Shown here: positions 24,592 to 37,977 of the stretch, in pieces
Position numbering within the stretch: position 1 is the first letter of the stretch
How the letters are laid out: every line of letters begins with the position of its first letter
NCBI GenBank assembly: GCA_951406725.2
Contig: OX597819.1
Span: 80,910,001 to 80,974,000, forward strand
Length of the DNA: 64,000 bases
Reading direction: 5' to 3'
DNA from: Octopus vulgaris
Taxonomy: Eukaryota
Made by a program: the position numbers and the translations under genes
The notes under the pieces: generated by a model
The model's input: the letters and a program-made list of their open reading frames with translations, nothing else
The model's database searches: none
Told to the model about the DNA's origin: nothing

Positions 24592-25481
24592 GCGGGGGTA
24601 CGCAAAAGTGACCAGAAACGTCCTCTGTGGCACAAGCCGTTGTATTTTCGGTTTCCACTGCTAGAAGCCACTTGATACGACCCTCAGGCACAGTCTGCCG
24701 ACCGGTGTCGTCAAGTGTAGTCGTGCTGCCACGTGGTGCGTCCTTGTTTTGCAGTGCTTCTTCCTTGTTCGTCGATTGTTTGCGATAGTCGAAACAAAGG
24801 AACAGCGTGCATTCATGAAATTCTGTTTTCTGCTGAGGAAAACGACGGCCGAAACAGTTGTCCTGCTTGACACAGCTTACAAGTACACTACCAGGAGCAA
24901 AACACTAGTTTATGAGTGGTTTTCGCGCTTTAAGAATGGCCACTTGTTCTCCACCTCTTCCACATCTGCAAATTCAGGACGACTGTTGACCCCCACTCCC
25001 GTACGAATGAAAGCAACTTGAAAATTCATGAAGTGATCTTGCAGGACCGTCACCGAACAATTGATTGGTATGTCCTGGAGCTCCTGCCAACGAATATTGA
25101 GTGAGGAATTGCGAATGAAAAGAGTTACAGTAAAATTTGTGCCTTGTTTTCTCATGGAAGATCAAAAGCAGTCACGACTGAATGCCTGTGGTGAACTGAA
25201 AGATAAGATGGAGGTTGATAGGTATCTTTCTTAGGATTTTATCATTGGCGACGAAAGCTGGTGCTACGGAGTTTGCATATGTGGAAGAGGTAAAGAAAAA
25301 AAAACGACGTTAAAAGCTATCACTTAGCAAGAGCTCCAACACTGCTTCGAACACTAGAAAACGCGCCTGGCCGAGTGCATTGCTTCAAATAGAAAATAGA
25401 TAGGTGGCGATAAAAGTGTAAGCATGTAAAACCAGGTGAATAAAATAATATTGTAAAATTCTTGTTTCTTTTGGGTACCCC
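24592..25481 (+). mobile_element. Decayed mariner transposon
   Basis: EQRAFMKFC..VYEWFSRFKNG HTH, KFVP and GDESWCY remnants; TIRs ggggtacgcaaaag / cttttgggtacccc. Confidence 0.8.
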
Positions 25482-25494
25482 AAATATTCTTTTG

Positions 25495-26380
<886 letters not shown>

Positions 26381-27168
26381 ACCCCCCCCACACACACACA
26401 CTCACACAGAGGAAACTGTGATGTCCACATTTTACTTGAGAGTGTATAACCAAAAAAGGAGAAGTCTAACTTTTGCTAGCTAGTCACCCTATTATGCAAT
26501 ATATCAATATCTTGTAATATTATAACATAAATTAAGACATAGTCTTCGAAAACAAAACAAGTTGAAGAAATTTAAATCACAGCATATAATATGCATTACT
26601 CAGCAATAGGGTATATGTTACATAAAAAAAGCTGAGAGAGAGAGAGAGAAAAAGAGATTCACTGAGCCAAGAGATGACATAATTTCCTCAGGACGGCTGA
26701 TGGCTCTGACCTAAAGTTGAATTTGCCAACAATTTGTAACTGTAATCCGTGTTTCGAGAGATTTCGGCGGAAAAACTCGTTCACTTTTTCATGAAGTTTG
26801 CTGTCAACCGCAATGAGACAGATAATGTTGATTTAATTGAATCACAGCTACGTTGGTTTTAGAATCTTTAACGATGATGCCTTTCGTTTTATGGAGATAT
26901 ATTATGTTATGGCTCCGTAGTGCGAGAATCTCACAGCTATGATTCAAAACTCAGCTCGGACCTGGTAACAACGTGTTAAGTGAGAAATACCAAAACGAAA
27001 AAAAAAAAAAAGGTCCCTGAATTCATTGGACACAATTGTAACTAATTTTACAGAGTTACAGTTTTCCTAATTCTTCAGACTCCTTTTGCATTTTATGCAG
27101 TGAGGCAAAATGATCATTTTTTTTTAGTTTAGTTTGTTCATGTACAATACTGTATGTGGCTTAATGCA

Positions 27169-28339
27169 TTAGGTTGGCAACTAAGTCCCTGCTGTTTTTT
27201 TTAAATTAAATTTTTTAAAGGTTTAATAAAAAATAACAAATTAATTAATAATGTATTCACCCTTGTTGTTTACAACTTTTTCTCAACGTTCAACAAGATT
27301 TTCAATACCTAGTTGGTAGAAATCACCCGATTTAGACTCGAAAAATTGATCCAACCAAGCTCTCAATTCTGCATCAGTATTGAACGAAACTCTGCGCATA
27401 GCTTGAAAGAGATCAAAAGAGGTGGAAATCCGTTGGTGTCAAATCAGAAGAGTACGGATTGTGAGGCAGCACTTCCCAGCCATGCGTTTGAATGGCTTCC
27501 TTGGCCATATTGACGATATGAGGGCGGACGTTGTCGTGCAGCAAAAGAACTCCATGCTACCGATTAAGTCTTTTCTCTTGAATAGACCTGTTGAGTCGTT
27601 CCATGTGTTGAACATAGAGTTCAGCGTTGACCAATCCCTTCCCAGTCCCACCATACGCACAACATTGTTTTACGCGCGGTGTCTTTTGTTTACCGGGGTT
27701 AAGCCATTCCTTACGCTGCTTCATATTGATGTACAGGCACCATTTTTCGTCGCCAGTAAAGATTCGGTAAAGAAATCGTTGCTTGTGTCCATGAGTTGAG
27801 CGGTGCCGAATAAGCAAACCAGCGGAGATTGTGGCTCGTTGAATTTTGTTGTTGTCACTTAAAGCATGTGGAACCCATGCTCCATAGTTCTGAACCTTTC
27901 CCATCGAGTGAAGATGCTTCTCTATAGCAGTGTGGGAGTATTCCATTTTCTCTGCCAGTTCCCTTATCGTTTGACGAGAATTTTCGTGCAAAAGTTGGTT
28001 TAATTGCTCTTCATCGAACCCAACTGGACCGCCAAAACGAGATGCGTCCTTGAGGTCAAAATTTCCATTTTTGAATTTGACATACCAATCACAAATGTCG
28101 CGAGTAGCTTTTGCGGCATTGGAACCTTGATTAAAAGCGAAAAGAAGGAGGTGTCAAAAATGCTCGTTTTTCTTAACTTGATATTCCACTTTAATGATCT
28201 GAAAATAAACAAAAATTAACTAAAATTAATTAGAAAAAAATAAGATTCCAAAATGATACAAAAATAGAATTCTCGAAAAAAAAAAAAAAAAATTCCAAAA
28301 TTTAAAAAAAAAACGGCGGGAACTTAGTTGCCAACAGAA
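27169..28339 (-). mobile_element. Mariner transposon, both TIRs, frameshifted transposase
   Basis: TIRs ttaggttggcaactaagtccc / gggaacttagttgccaacagaa; WVPHAL and TGDEKW motifs in ORF 27557..27991. Confidence 0.9.
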
Positions 28340-28383
28340 TAATAACATAGTACTATTGCTACAAATAATAATGATTTAAAATT

Positions 28384-29395
28384 TTTGCCGCAAGGGCAGC
28401 TTCGGGGAGCCCGAAAGGATGAAAGGCAAACTCGACCTCGGCGGAATTTGAACTCAGAACGTAGCGGGGACGAAATACCTATTTCTTTACTACCCACAAG
28501 GGGATAAACGCAGAGAGGACAAACAAGGACAGACAAACGGATTAAGTCGATTATATCAACCCCAGTGCGTAACTGGTACGACCTTGAAGGGATGAAAGGC
28601 AAAGTCGACCCCGACGGAATTTGAACTCAGAACGTAGCGGCAGACGAAATACCGCTAAGTATTTCGCCCGGCGTGCTAACGTTTCTGCCAGCTCGCCGCC
28701 TTATTGCTAATAATAATAATAGAAATAATCCTTTCTACTTAAGGTACAAGGCCGGAAATTTGGTGGGAGAGGACAAGCCGATTACATCGACCCCCGTGTT
28801 TCATTGGTACTTAATTTATCGACTCCGAAAGGATAAAAGGCGGAGTCGATCTTGGCGGAATTTGAACTCAGAAAGTAGACTGACGAAATGCTGCTAAGCA
28901 TTTTGCCCGACGTGCCAACGATTCTGTCAGCTCACCGCCTCAATAATAGAGATAGTAATAATCTTTTCTGTTATCGACACAAGGCCTAAAATTTTGTGGG
29001 AGGTGTCTAGTCAATTACGTTGACCCCAGTGCTTCATTGGTACTTAATTTATCGACACCAAAAGGATGAAATGTAAAGTCGACCTTCGAGGAATTTGAAA
29101 TCACAACGTAAAGACAGCCGAAATGCTGCTAAGCATTTTGCCCGGGATGCTTACAATTTTGCCAGCTCGCCACCTTAATAACACAAGTACTACTAATAAT
29201 AATCATATTCCTTTCTACTAAAGGCACAAGGCCTGAAATTTGGCGAGGGGATAGTCGAGAATCGACCCCAGTACTCGACTGGTACTTTTTCATCGACCCC
29301 GAAAGGATGACAGGCAAAGCCGACCTCGGTGGAATTTGAACTCATAGCGTATAGACGGACACGTCGCCAAGTATTTTGTTCGGCGTGCTAACTTC
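28384..29395 (-). mobile_element. Head-to-tail cluster of SINE family B copies separated by (TAA)n
   Basis: Repeated aaggatgaaaggcaaagtcgacc..aatttgaactcagaacg..ctgccagctcgccgcctt; units ~28384-28701, 28725-28940, 28960-29177, 29207-29395. Confidence 0.85.
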
Positions 29396-29907
29396 TAATA
29401 AAGTTGAAAGAACGTTGATTTCTTCGTCGACAAATATATATTTCTTTGATGAGGAAATTTTCTTAAGAGTGTAAAGCAGTGACAAAGTTGGGAGCGACAG
29501 TTTTAAAAACATTTTCAGCTTTATGCATTTATTTAATCGTTTTTATGATCGAAATAAAACTGACTGGAGAAAAGTAAGTGTGTCACTAAAAAATTTTAAA
29601 AAATCACATCCAAGTAGCTTAGAACCGGAATTAAACTGAATGATTATTGACGTTGGTGTTCCACTTTCACTTCCACACCTTTATAACGGTCAATGCTATG
29701 AATCAACGAGGTCACCATGGCATCACTCCACCTGCTAAAAATAGTGGCCTAATTTCTTCTAAGTCACACCCAAATGTTTTAAATGCGATGAGTCTCAATA
29801 AAAAGATGGTAAGGTCACATCACGATTTAAAGCATTTAATTATATCCTAGGTCTACTGAATCAGTTACACGGTGCGGAACAAACACTCACAAACACATAC
29901 ACGCATA

Positions 29908-30125
29908 TACGAGAGGGTGCTGAAAAGTTCTTGAATTTAAGGGTGCTGCGAAAGGCCTGGCTGGAGGCCCAATCTTTCGAGTTCTACAGGGCTTAGGAAA
30001 ACTGAAGGGCCACTGCAATAAGTGTGTGAATCTGAGAGGGGAATATGTTGAATAAAATCATAATTAGCTGATCCTCCAGTATTCTCTTTTACCCAAAGCT
30101 AGGAACTTTTCAGCACCACCTCGTG
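29908..30125. mobile_element. Mariner-derived MITE, complete
   Basis: TIRs cgagagggtgctgaaaagttc / gaacttttcagcaccacctcg, TA flanks. Confidence 0.85.
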
Positions 30126-30173
<48 letters not shown>

Positions 30174-30228
30174 TGTATGTATGTATGTATATATATATAT
30201 ATATATATATATGCATACATACATACAT

Positions 30229-30271
<43 letters not shown>

Positions 30272-30318
30272 CATATATATATATATACAGACACACATAC
30301 ATATACATACATATATAT

Positions 30319-30650
30319 GGAGATCATGGGATTGCACCTAGAAATTACCCTCCGAGGCACAAGTCCGAGCAAGGTTGTTTATGGAAGACCAGCAGTCGCC
30401 CATGCATACCAATCTCCCCTCTCCACACCACCGATGTTGTCCAAGGAAAAGGCAAAGACCGATACAGCTTGGCACCAGTGTTGTCGCAACTCATTTCTAC
30501 AGCTGAGTTAACTGGAGCAACGTGAAATAAAGTGTCTTGCTGAAGAATAAAGAAAGAAAAAAAAAGTGTCTTGCTGAAGAACACAACACGCAGCCCTATC
30601 CAGGAATCGAACTCACAACCTCACGATCGTAAGCTTGACGCTCTAATCAT
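30319..30650 (-). mobile_element. tRNA-derived SINE family C (V-domain-like)
   Basis: Minus strand B box gagttcgattcc, then gtgttcttcagcaagacactt..ttgctccagt..tcagctgtagaaatgagt; copies at 32525 and 45131. Confidence 0.75.
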
Positions 30651-30789
30651 ACATATATATATATATATAAGCATACATATATGTGTGTGTGTGTGTGTGT
30701 GTGTGCTTTGGTCAGCCCGTGGGTATAGTAGAAGACGCCCATGGTGTCACGCATTGGGACTGAACCCAGGTCCAGCAATACATGCATGT

Positions 30790-30980
<191 letters not shown>

Positions 30981-30981
30981 T

Positions 30982-31039
<58 letters not shown>

Positions 31040-31042
<3 letters not shown>

Positions 31043-31400
31043 CTGCTTTCTCGTATACCAGCAGAGCCATTGCTAGACAGAATCGCTGAAATGTGTCATT
31101 GATAATGCAATGTGAGGCCCTTATATTTCTCTTGTGCCTTGCCAAAGATTTGCACATTTTATTGCATAATGCACAGTTGTGCTGGTTGACAGAAGGAACA
31201 GGTGCCACAGAATGAAGTCTTTTAGCATGTCTTTTTAATCCTCCAACTGAACGGCACACCTTTCCCCAGGTTTCACATGTTCTGTTGTGAACATGGCCGT
31301 ATCACAGTTTACACAATTTACAAGAGGGTCGATTCCTGTGACTTCTCTGATGGCTGACGGAAGCATTTCCTCCTACAAATCACACACGTAAAAATAGCAC
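31040..31400 (-). mobile_element. 3' end of an RTE-like LINE with C2H2 zinc fingers
   Basis: Minus strand [15 protein letters not shown] and [22 protein letters not shown]; short 3' UTR; (TA)n flanks. Confidence 0.55.
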
Positions 31401-31702
31401 TCCTTATATATATATATATATATATATAATGCACACATTCATATGTGTTTGTGTCTGTGATTGCCCCTCCCCACTGCCGTTTGACAACCAGTGTTGTTGT
31501 GTTTGTGTCCCCGTAAACTAGTGGTTCGGCAGAAGAGACCAATAAAAAGAATAAGTACAAGAATTAAAATAATAAGTACTAGGGTCAATTCATTCTACAA
31601 AGTGGGAAACTAATACTACATCCCCTGTGCATGTCCGTTTCTTCTTTGTTATTCTTAATTTTAATGTTCATCTGACTATATATATATCATACACACACAT
31701 TC

Positions 31703-32007
31703 ATACTTCGGTACTACGGACCTTCCTTTAACGGATTTCTGAACCACCGGACAAAATCACGGCATATCAACAATACATCTTTACCATCCATGTTAAGTCT
31801 CATTTTAAATTTTAAATGTTGAATGTACAGTCTACATGCATTTTACACTGTGAAATTTGATAGTGTGCTTGATTAAAAGTACAGTACTGTATTTATTTCT
31901 CTATCTTCGGTAATGTAATTGTAACTTAACCTTAGTGTCGGTACCTACGAACAATCGGCTTCATCGGACTGATGTTCCCTACTTTTAGTCCGTAGTTCTG
32001 AAGCATG
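31703..32007. mobile_element. MITE with ~19-bp imperfect TIRs
   Basis: atacttcggtactacggac ... gtccgtagttctgaagcat. Confidence 0.55.
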
Positions 32008-32018
32008 AGTGTATGTAT

Positions 32019-32045
32019 ATAATAATAATAATAATAATAATAATG

Positions 32046-32100
<55 letters not shown>

Positions 32101-32111
32101 TAATAATAATA

Positions 32112-32191
<80 letters not shown>
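32019..32191. repeat. (AAT)n microsatellite
   Basis: Direct inspection. Confidence 0.97.
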
Positions 32192-32204
32192 TTGTATTTA
32201 TCTT

Positions 32205-32308
32205 TAACCTGATGAGTGGCTATATTTATATTGAACTGATTTTACTACTACTACTATTATTTTTACTATAATCATTTCTTAAATATAGCCACGAAACACG
32301 TGTCGTTA
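32205..32308 (+). ncRNA. Type-I hammerhead ribozyme, fully canonical
   Basis: taac-CTGATGA-GTGGCTATATTT..AAATATAGCCAC-GAAA-CACGTG-TC-gtta; perfect 12-bp stem II, GUC triplet. Confidence 0.9.
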
Positions 32309-32458
32309 TTCTACTAAATATATACGTTTTATTTATTATTTTGCACATTACGTAATCATCGTTATATGTTTTATCGTATATTTAATCTTTTTATATGTAT
32401 TTTTCTAGATGGTATAATTTAATTTTTCATTATTGAATTGATAAATGGTGTTTTTTTC

Positions 32459-32524
<66 letters not shown>

Positions 32525-32526
<2 letters not shown>

Positions 32527-32790
32527 GGAAGACCCTCTTTGGTTATGAATGATCATGTGATTGCACCAAGAAAGTTCCCCTCCAAAGCACAAGTCCGAAC
32601 AAAGTTGTTTATAGAAGACCAGGAGTCGCCCTTGCATACCATCCTCACCTCTCCATGCCACTGATGCTATCGAAGGGAAAGGAAAAAGGCCGATTCAACA
32701 TGGCACTAGTGACATCGCAACTTATTTCTACAGCTGAGTGAATTCGAGCAGCATGAAATTGTTTTGCTCAAGAATACAATACACAACCTG
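32525..32790 (-). mobile_element. SINE family C
   Basis: Homologous to 30319-30650. Confidence 0.7.
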
Positions 32791-33245
32791 GGTTCCCTTG
32801 CGTTTTCTGTCTACTATCAAATTCACTCACAAGGCATTGATCTGCCCAAAACTATAGGAAAAGACATTTGTCTAGAGTACCGGGCAGTGGGGTTGAACCC
32901 GAAACCATGACGTTGCAAAGCGACGTCTCATCCACACAGTCTTGCCATTTTATTATAGAAGGAAATTAAAAGAGTGGAAACAAGACTGTCGGTTAGATTC
33001 TATAAAGCATCTGCTGCGAAGTTGTTGATCCACCAAATATTTTGTTGATACATTGATAATTAGCACGAACAAAGCGTGGCTATTAACTTCCTACGAGGAA
33101 GTCTATCAATCGTTAATTGAAGAGAGAATTATTAACAAAAAATACACGAGATTCAATTTATTTTCTGCGAAATTACGTCCTTCGTGAGCATATTCGTGAT
33201 TGTGGAGATGTAAAACTTAGTGAAGACCCGTATCGTACACACACA

Positions 33246-33297
<52 letters not shown>

Positions 33298-33429
33298 AAC
33301 ACACGTCTTGTATTATAAAAATGTTTTTCTTTGTCTGACGAATTTCTAATGGGAAATTCCTTACATGTCTATATAACATGTAAATCTCTCTCTCTCTCTC
33401 CCTCTCTCTCTCTCTCCCTCTCTCTCTCT

Positions 33430-33840
33430 CTTTTCTCTTTTACTTGTTTCAGTCATTTGACTGCGACCATGCTGGAGCACCGCCTTTAGTCGAGCAAATC
33501 GACCCCGGGACTTATTCTTTGTAAGCCCAGTACTTATTCTATCGGTCTCTTTTGCCGAACCGCTAAGTGACGGGGACGTAAACACACCAGTATCGGTTGT
33601 CAAGCAATGCTAGGGGGACAAACACAGACACACAAACATATACACACACACTTATATATATACACACTTATATATATATACATATATACGACAGGCTTCT
33701 TTCAGTTTCCGTCTACCAAATCCACTCACAAGGCCCGGAGCTATAGCAGAAGACACTTGCCCAAGATGCCACGCAGTGGGACTGAACCCGGAACCATGTG
33801 GTTGGTTAGCAAGCTACTTACTACACAGCCACTCCTGCTC
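33430..33840 (-). mobile_element. SINE family A, near full length
   Basis: High identity to 16050-16451. Confidence 0.9.
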
Positions 33841-34021
33841 TATGTAATTTCTATTAGCAAATGAAAATGTGTAATGGAGACTAAATAGTATCTAAAAATG
33901 TTCCACTTACTTGTTTTGCTATACTTTAATTGTGCAAATGATATTTCCGTAATTCTCAATTTTAATATGTATTCTGACTAACATGGATATATATAATATG
34001 ATAAAATATAATATACATATA

Positions 34022-34071
<50 letters not shown>

Positions 34072-34172
34072 TAATCCAAACATGAAAACACAAAGAGAAA
34101 GCACAACAACGCGAGGACGTGGAACAAGTATAGTGTTATTGGACGTTTAGGAAAGGAAAGAAAGAAAGAGGA

Positions 34173-34205
34173 TTTAACGTTTCGAGCGGAGCTCTTCCTC
34201 AGAAA
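34173..34205 (-). ncRNA. Minimal hammerhead ribozyme in a Penelope-like remnant (~34067-34275)
   Basis: Minus strand: ttt-CTGAGGA-A-GAGCtccGCTC-GAAA-CG-TT-aaa; truncated family member at 51158-51206. Confidence 0.7.
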
Positions 34206-36420
34206 CATAGGAAAAGGAAAGATCGAAGGGAAGACGGAGGAAAAAATCGCCAACGATATACGCGCGGTCACAGAAGAACATGCTTTTGTGGTCATCTCAA
34301 GTAGTATTACTTGTCCTATAGCATGGCAAGCATGGCAATGATAGCACTTGAGTGACAAATAGAAGAGCTGCAGCTTTAATATATATATGCGATAAGTGTT
34401 TTGTTTAAAATCCAATTGAAATTGTTGAAATTGCAGCGAGGAGATCTATTTAGACATTAGATCTGTTAACCATTTGTGGTTTTGTTTTAATTCATGAAAT
34501 TTTCACTTTTTTTTTACCTATACAGCACCTAATTCTGACAAGGTATATAGTTCATTTTCAGAGCACCGTGGAGAAAGATTACCCACTTTCGTCTTTGTTT
34601 TGACGATACTGTTTGATTTTTTTTGTGTGTGGTTGTCGTGGTGGTAGTGGGGATGCATTTAACAGTTATTTCATCTAGGATGAGTGGCCATATGAATGTT
34701 TTTCCATTTTCTCAATAACTTTCGCTTTGTCTTATAAAGAGCACCAAAACGGAAGTCAGTATTGACGTAGAAGGATTTCCTATTTTACTCTACAAAAGTG
34801 TTTGTTTTTTTAGTAAAATGAAGATCGCTATTTTCACCAATACTAGAACATGAGTCATTTCTACTTTCTCATCTGAGCAGACCACCATAGCAAATCGAGT
34901 TCCTCAGTCCTTCAGTTATCAAACATTCCGCTAACTTTTAATTGGGGGCCAGCACGATTTCACTCTTTAAACCTGACTGGAGTATATCACAACAATACTT
35001 GGAACAGCAACAAAATCGTCAACAACAGCAACAACGACGATGGCAATGAAGATGACAACGATCACGACACAATAAATATTTTCCCATAGAACCACGCTGG
35101 CCAACATTCCAACCGTGGCCATCTCACATTTTTCCCATGTGCAAAAATCCATGTCAAGTACTTACTTTTGTAAGACAGGGAAATGAGATTTAAGAGATAT
35201 TTGGTTGTTATTTGCAGTAGGTTGAGAGATCGCGTAGAAAATCCTTTGCTCACACTCTCCTGGAGATGCCGTGACTTACTCGAGCTTATTTCAGTTTAGA
35301 AAGTGTAATTCAGTCTACAGTATAATTTATCCTCACTTCAACAGGATAGAACAAAACAGTCTGTTATTTTGTTGCTCTGGAGGATATAAGATTACCAATG
35401 TATGATAACGAAACACTTGTCTATCATACCGTGCTCGAGATGCTGTAAGATATTAAGTGTATCTCATTGTACCTAATGACAGCTTGGGAGGGTTATTTAG
35501 CCTTGACAACCGTTGTTGATGTGTTTACGTCCCCGTAACTTAGCGGCCCGGTGAAAGATGTTGAATAGATATCAGGCTATATAAAAAAAAAGTACTGGGA
35601 TCGAATCATTCGACTGAAAAGCCTTCAAGGCAGTACTCCAGCATGGCCGCAGTCTAATGACAAACAAATAAAAGATTAAAGTTATCTGGAATGAGTTTTA
35701 ATAAAACCATTTTTTGCGGCTAACTAACCTCTTTTGCTTACGTTATTAAAGCTACTTCTAACAGAAAATTTAATTTTGTTTCACTTGTTCGGTGCTATTG
35801 CATATCAGCAGATACATTTTACGCTTTCTGTATGTGCCTCAGATTAGTGATATAAATTCATTTCCAGTGTGACTCGCGTATTCGAAACCGGCGAGCTGAA
35901 ATAACGGCGAAATTATCGATATCTCCCGGTCGTCTCGTTCACCTTCGAGTCGAGTCGTTTCGCCTGGTTTTGAGACAGCCTGTATTTTTTCAACATTTTA
36001 TATCTAGAAGGAACTTTCCCTGGTCGAAATACCGCATCCCGAAGGCGTTTAAACAAAACACATGCATTAAGTATGTCTACATTATTAGAGCTGCTTCTAA
36101 GTCAAAGTCTAATTTTGCTTAATCCCGATGTAACATATTAAAAAGCATAGCAGTTCGACAAAGATAACGATAGAGTAAGAACTAGGCTAACAAATAATAA
36201 GTCCTGGGGTTGATTTCTTCGATTAAAAAGACCCTTTCAGACAGTGAAACAAGTAAAAGAGTAAAATAATATATAGAGATGAAAGAATTAGTCCCCAAAA
36301 GTTTGTAACCGTATCTAAGAGTGTTATGAACAACATTGATAAAACTAAATGCTAGTACAGAAGATATATTAAGCTTGGACCTAAGTCTGCATCATTTCTT
36401 GATATATATTTTGATCGTTT

Positions 36421-36635
36421 AAGCGGTGAGCTGGCAGAATCGTTAGCACACTGAGCAAAATGCTTAGCAGTATTTCGTCTGTCTTTACACATTGAGTTCA
36501 AATTCAACCGAGGTCGAGTTTGCGTTTCCTCCTTTTGGGGTCGATGAAATAAGCATAAGTTGAGCACAGGGGTCCATGTAAACGACTTATCCCCTTCCCC
36601 CAAAATTGTTGTACTGGTGCCAAAATTTTAAAATC
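36421..36635 (+). mobile_element. SINE family B
   Basis: aagcggtgagctggcagaatcgttagc..gagttcaaattc. Confidence 0.85.
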
Positions 36636-37100
36636 AATATTTATTCCTATTTTGTGCCTTAACTGATGTCACGACAAAATTCCAGGCACCATTACGCTAG
36701 ATGACTCTGTAATAAGCTAGACATAATTTGTCTAACCGGAAGTTGAAGAAAAATGTGAAAATAAATGCATAAAAAACGAAAAATGAATTGCTTCTTTTTT
36801 TTTGCATCCTATCAGATAACACAAATTACAAGTAATCATTCGAGAAAAATGCCAACTGTATAGTGATCAAAGCGAGACGCCAATGATCAAATATGGTCTT
36901 TCATATGAATCCCGTAAACATTGTCAAGAAAGGACCTCAATATAACATTGATCAACTAGAAAACACGAGAAAGAAAAGACAGAAATATTGTTTACCAGTT
37001 TTCAGTTTCTACGACGTTTCTAGGTACACAGAAAAGCGAAAATAACAACAACGAAGCTGATGTAAATATGTTTTTAATTGGCACAAGGCCATAAAGTCTA

Positions 37101-37165
<65 letters not shown>

Positions 37166-37244
37166 CGATGGAGAGTAAGTAATAGTGAAAATAACCAACC
37201 TTATCGATTCTTAAAATATTGAAGTCGTAGTTGACAAATCGAGT

Positions 37245-37247
37245 CGA

Positions 37248-37283
<36 letters not shown>

Positions 37284-37472
37284 TGATGATGGTAGTGATG
37301 GTGATGAATGATAACAGTGATGGTGAGGGTGTCAACTGCCATGACGAAAAAGATGGCGGTGGTGGCAGTAGAGGTAGTGGTGGTTGAGACAGTAATGTGG
37401 TGTCGTGATGATGACGGCGATGATGAAGATGATGATGATGACCATCATCATGATCATGATGACGATGATGAT
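37245..37472. repeat. Degenerate (GAT/GAC/GGT)n trinucleotide tract
   Basis: Direct inspection. Confidence 0.85.
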
Positions 37473-37977
37473 ATAGGAGAGCAGGTCTCACTCAGTCTTA
37501 TTGAGAAAGACAAGATTGAGCACGTTACTTTTTCCTAAAGGCGTGACAATGTTCACTGACTAATAGCTAGCAACGTAAACAAAAAAAAAGGATCCGTTAA
37601 AGTTAACTTTCTTTTCTGACAAAAATGCATAGCTTCAATTACTCATTATAACTTACATTGATACAAATACATTTTCTCCAAAAATCCATGCTAATTACAA
37701 ATATGTACATCCAGTTAGAGATGAAAACTATACGCTACCTGTCATGATCAAGAAACACGTGAACCTTCGAAATCTACTGCTCCATTAATATTACTCTGAG
37801 ACCCAGAATAAAATGGTCAATTTTCAATAGGCATAAAGTTACTTCTTATGGAGAAGTGATATAGTCAACAAAATTTAAAAGGATGGAAATGTGTAGTGGA
37901 TGACAGATCTATCATAACAGTCTATTGTAAGAGTTGACAGGCCGTTGGAAACGGTAAAAATATATATTGTTTAAACA

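Noticed and set aside
34860-35280. Possible exon with Q/N/T-rich frames
   Set aside because: Stops in all plus frames within short distances, no convincing splice sites; degenerate (CAA)n explains the composition
37201-37538. His-rich and Asp-rich ORFs
   Set aside because: Trinucleotide (GAT)n decay, no domain or splice evidence
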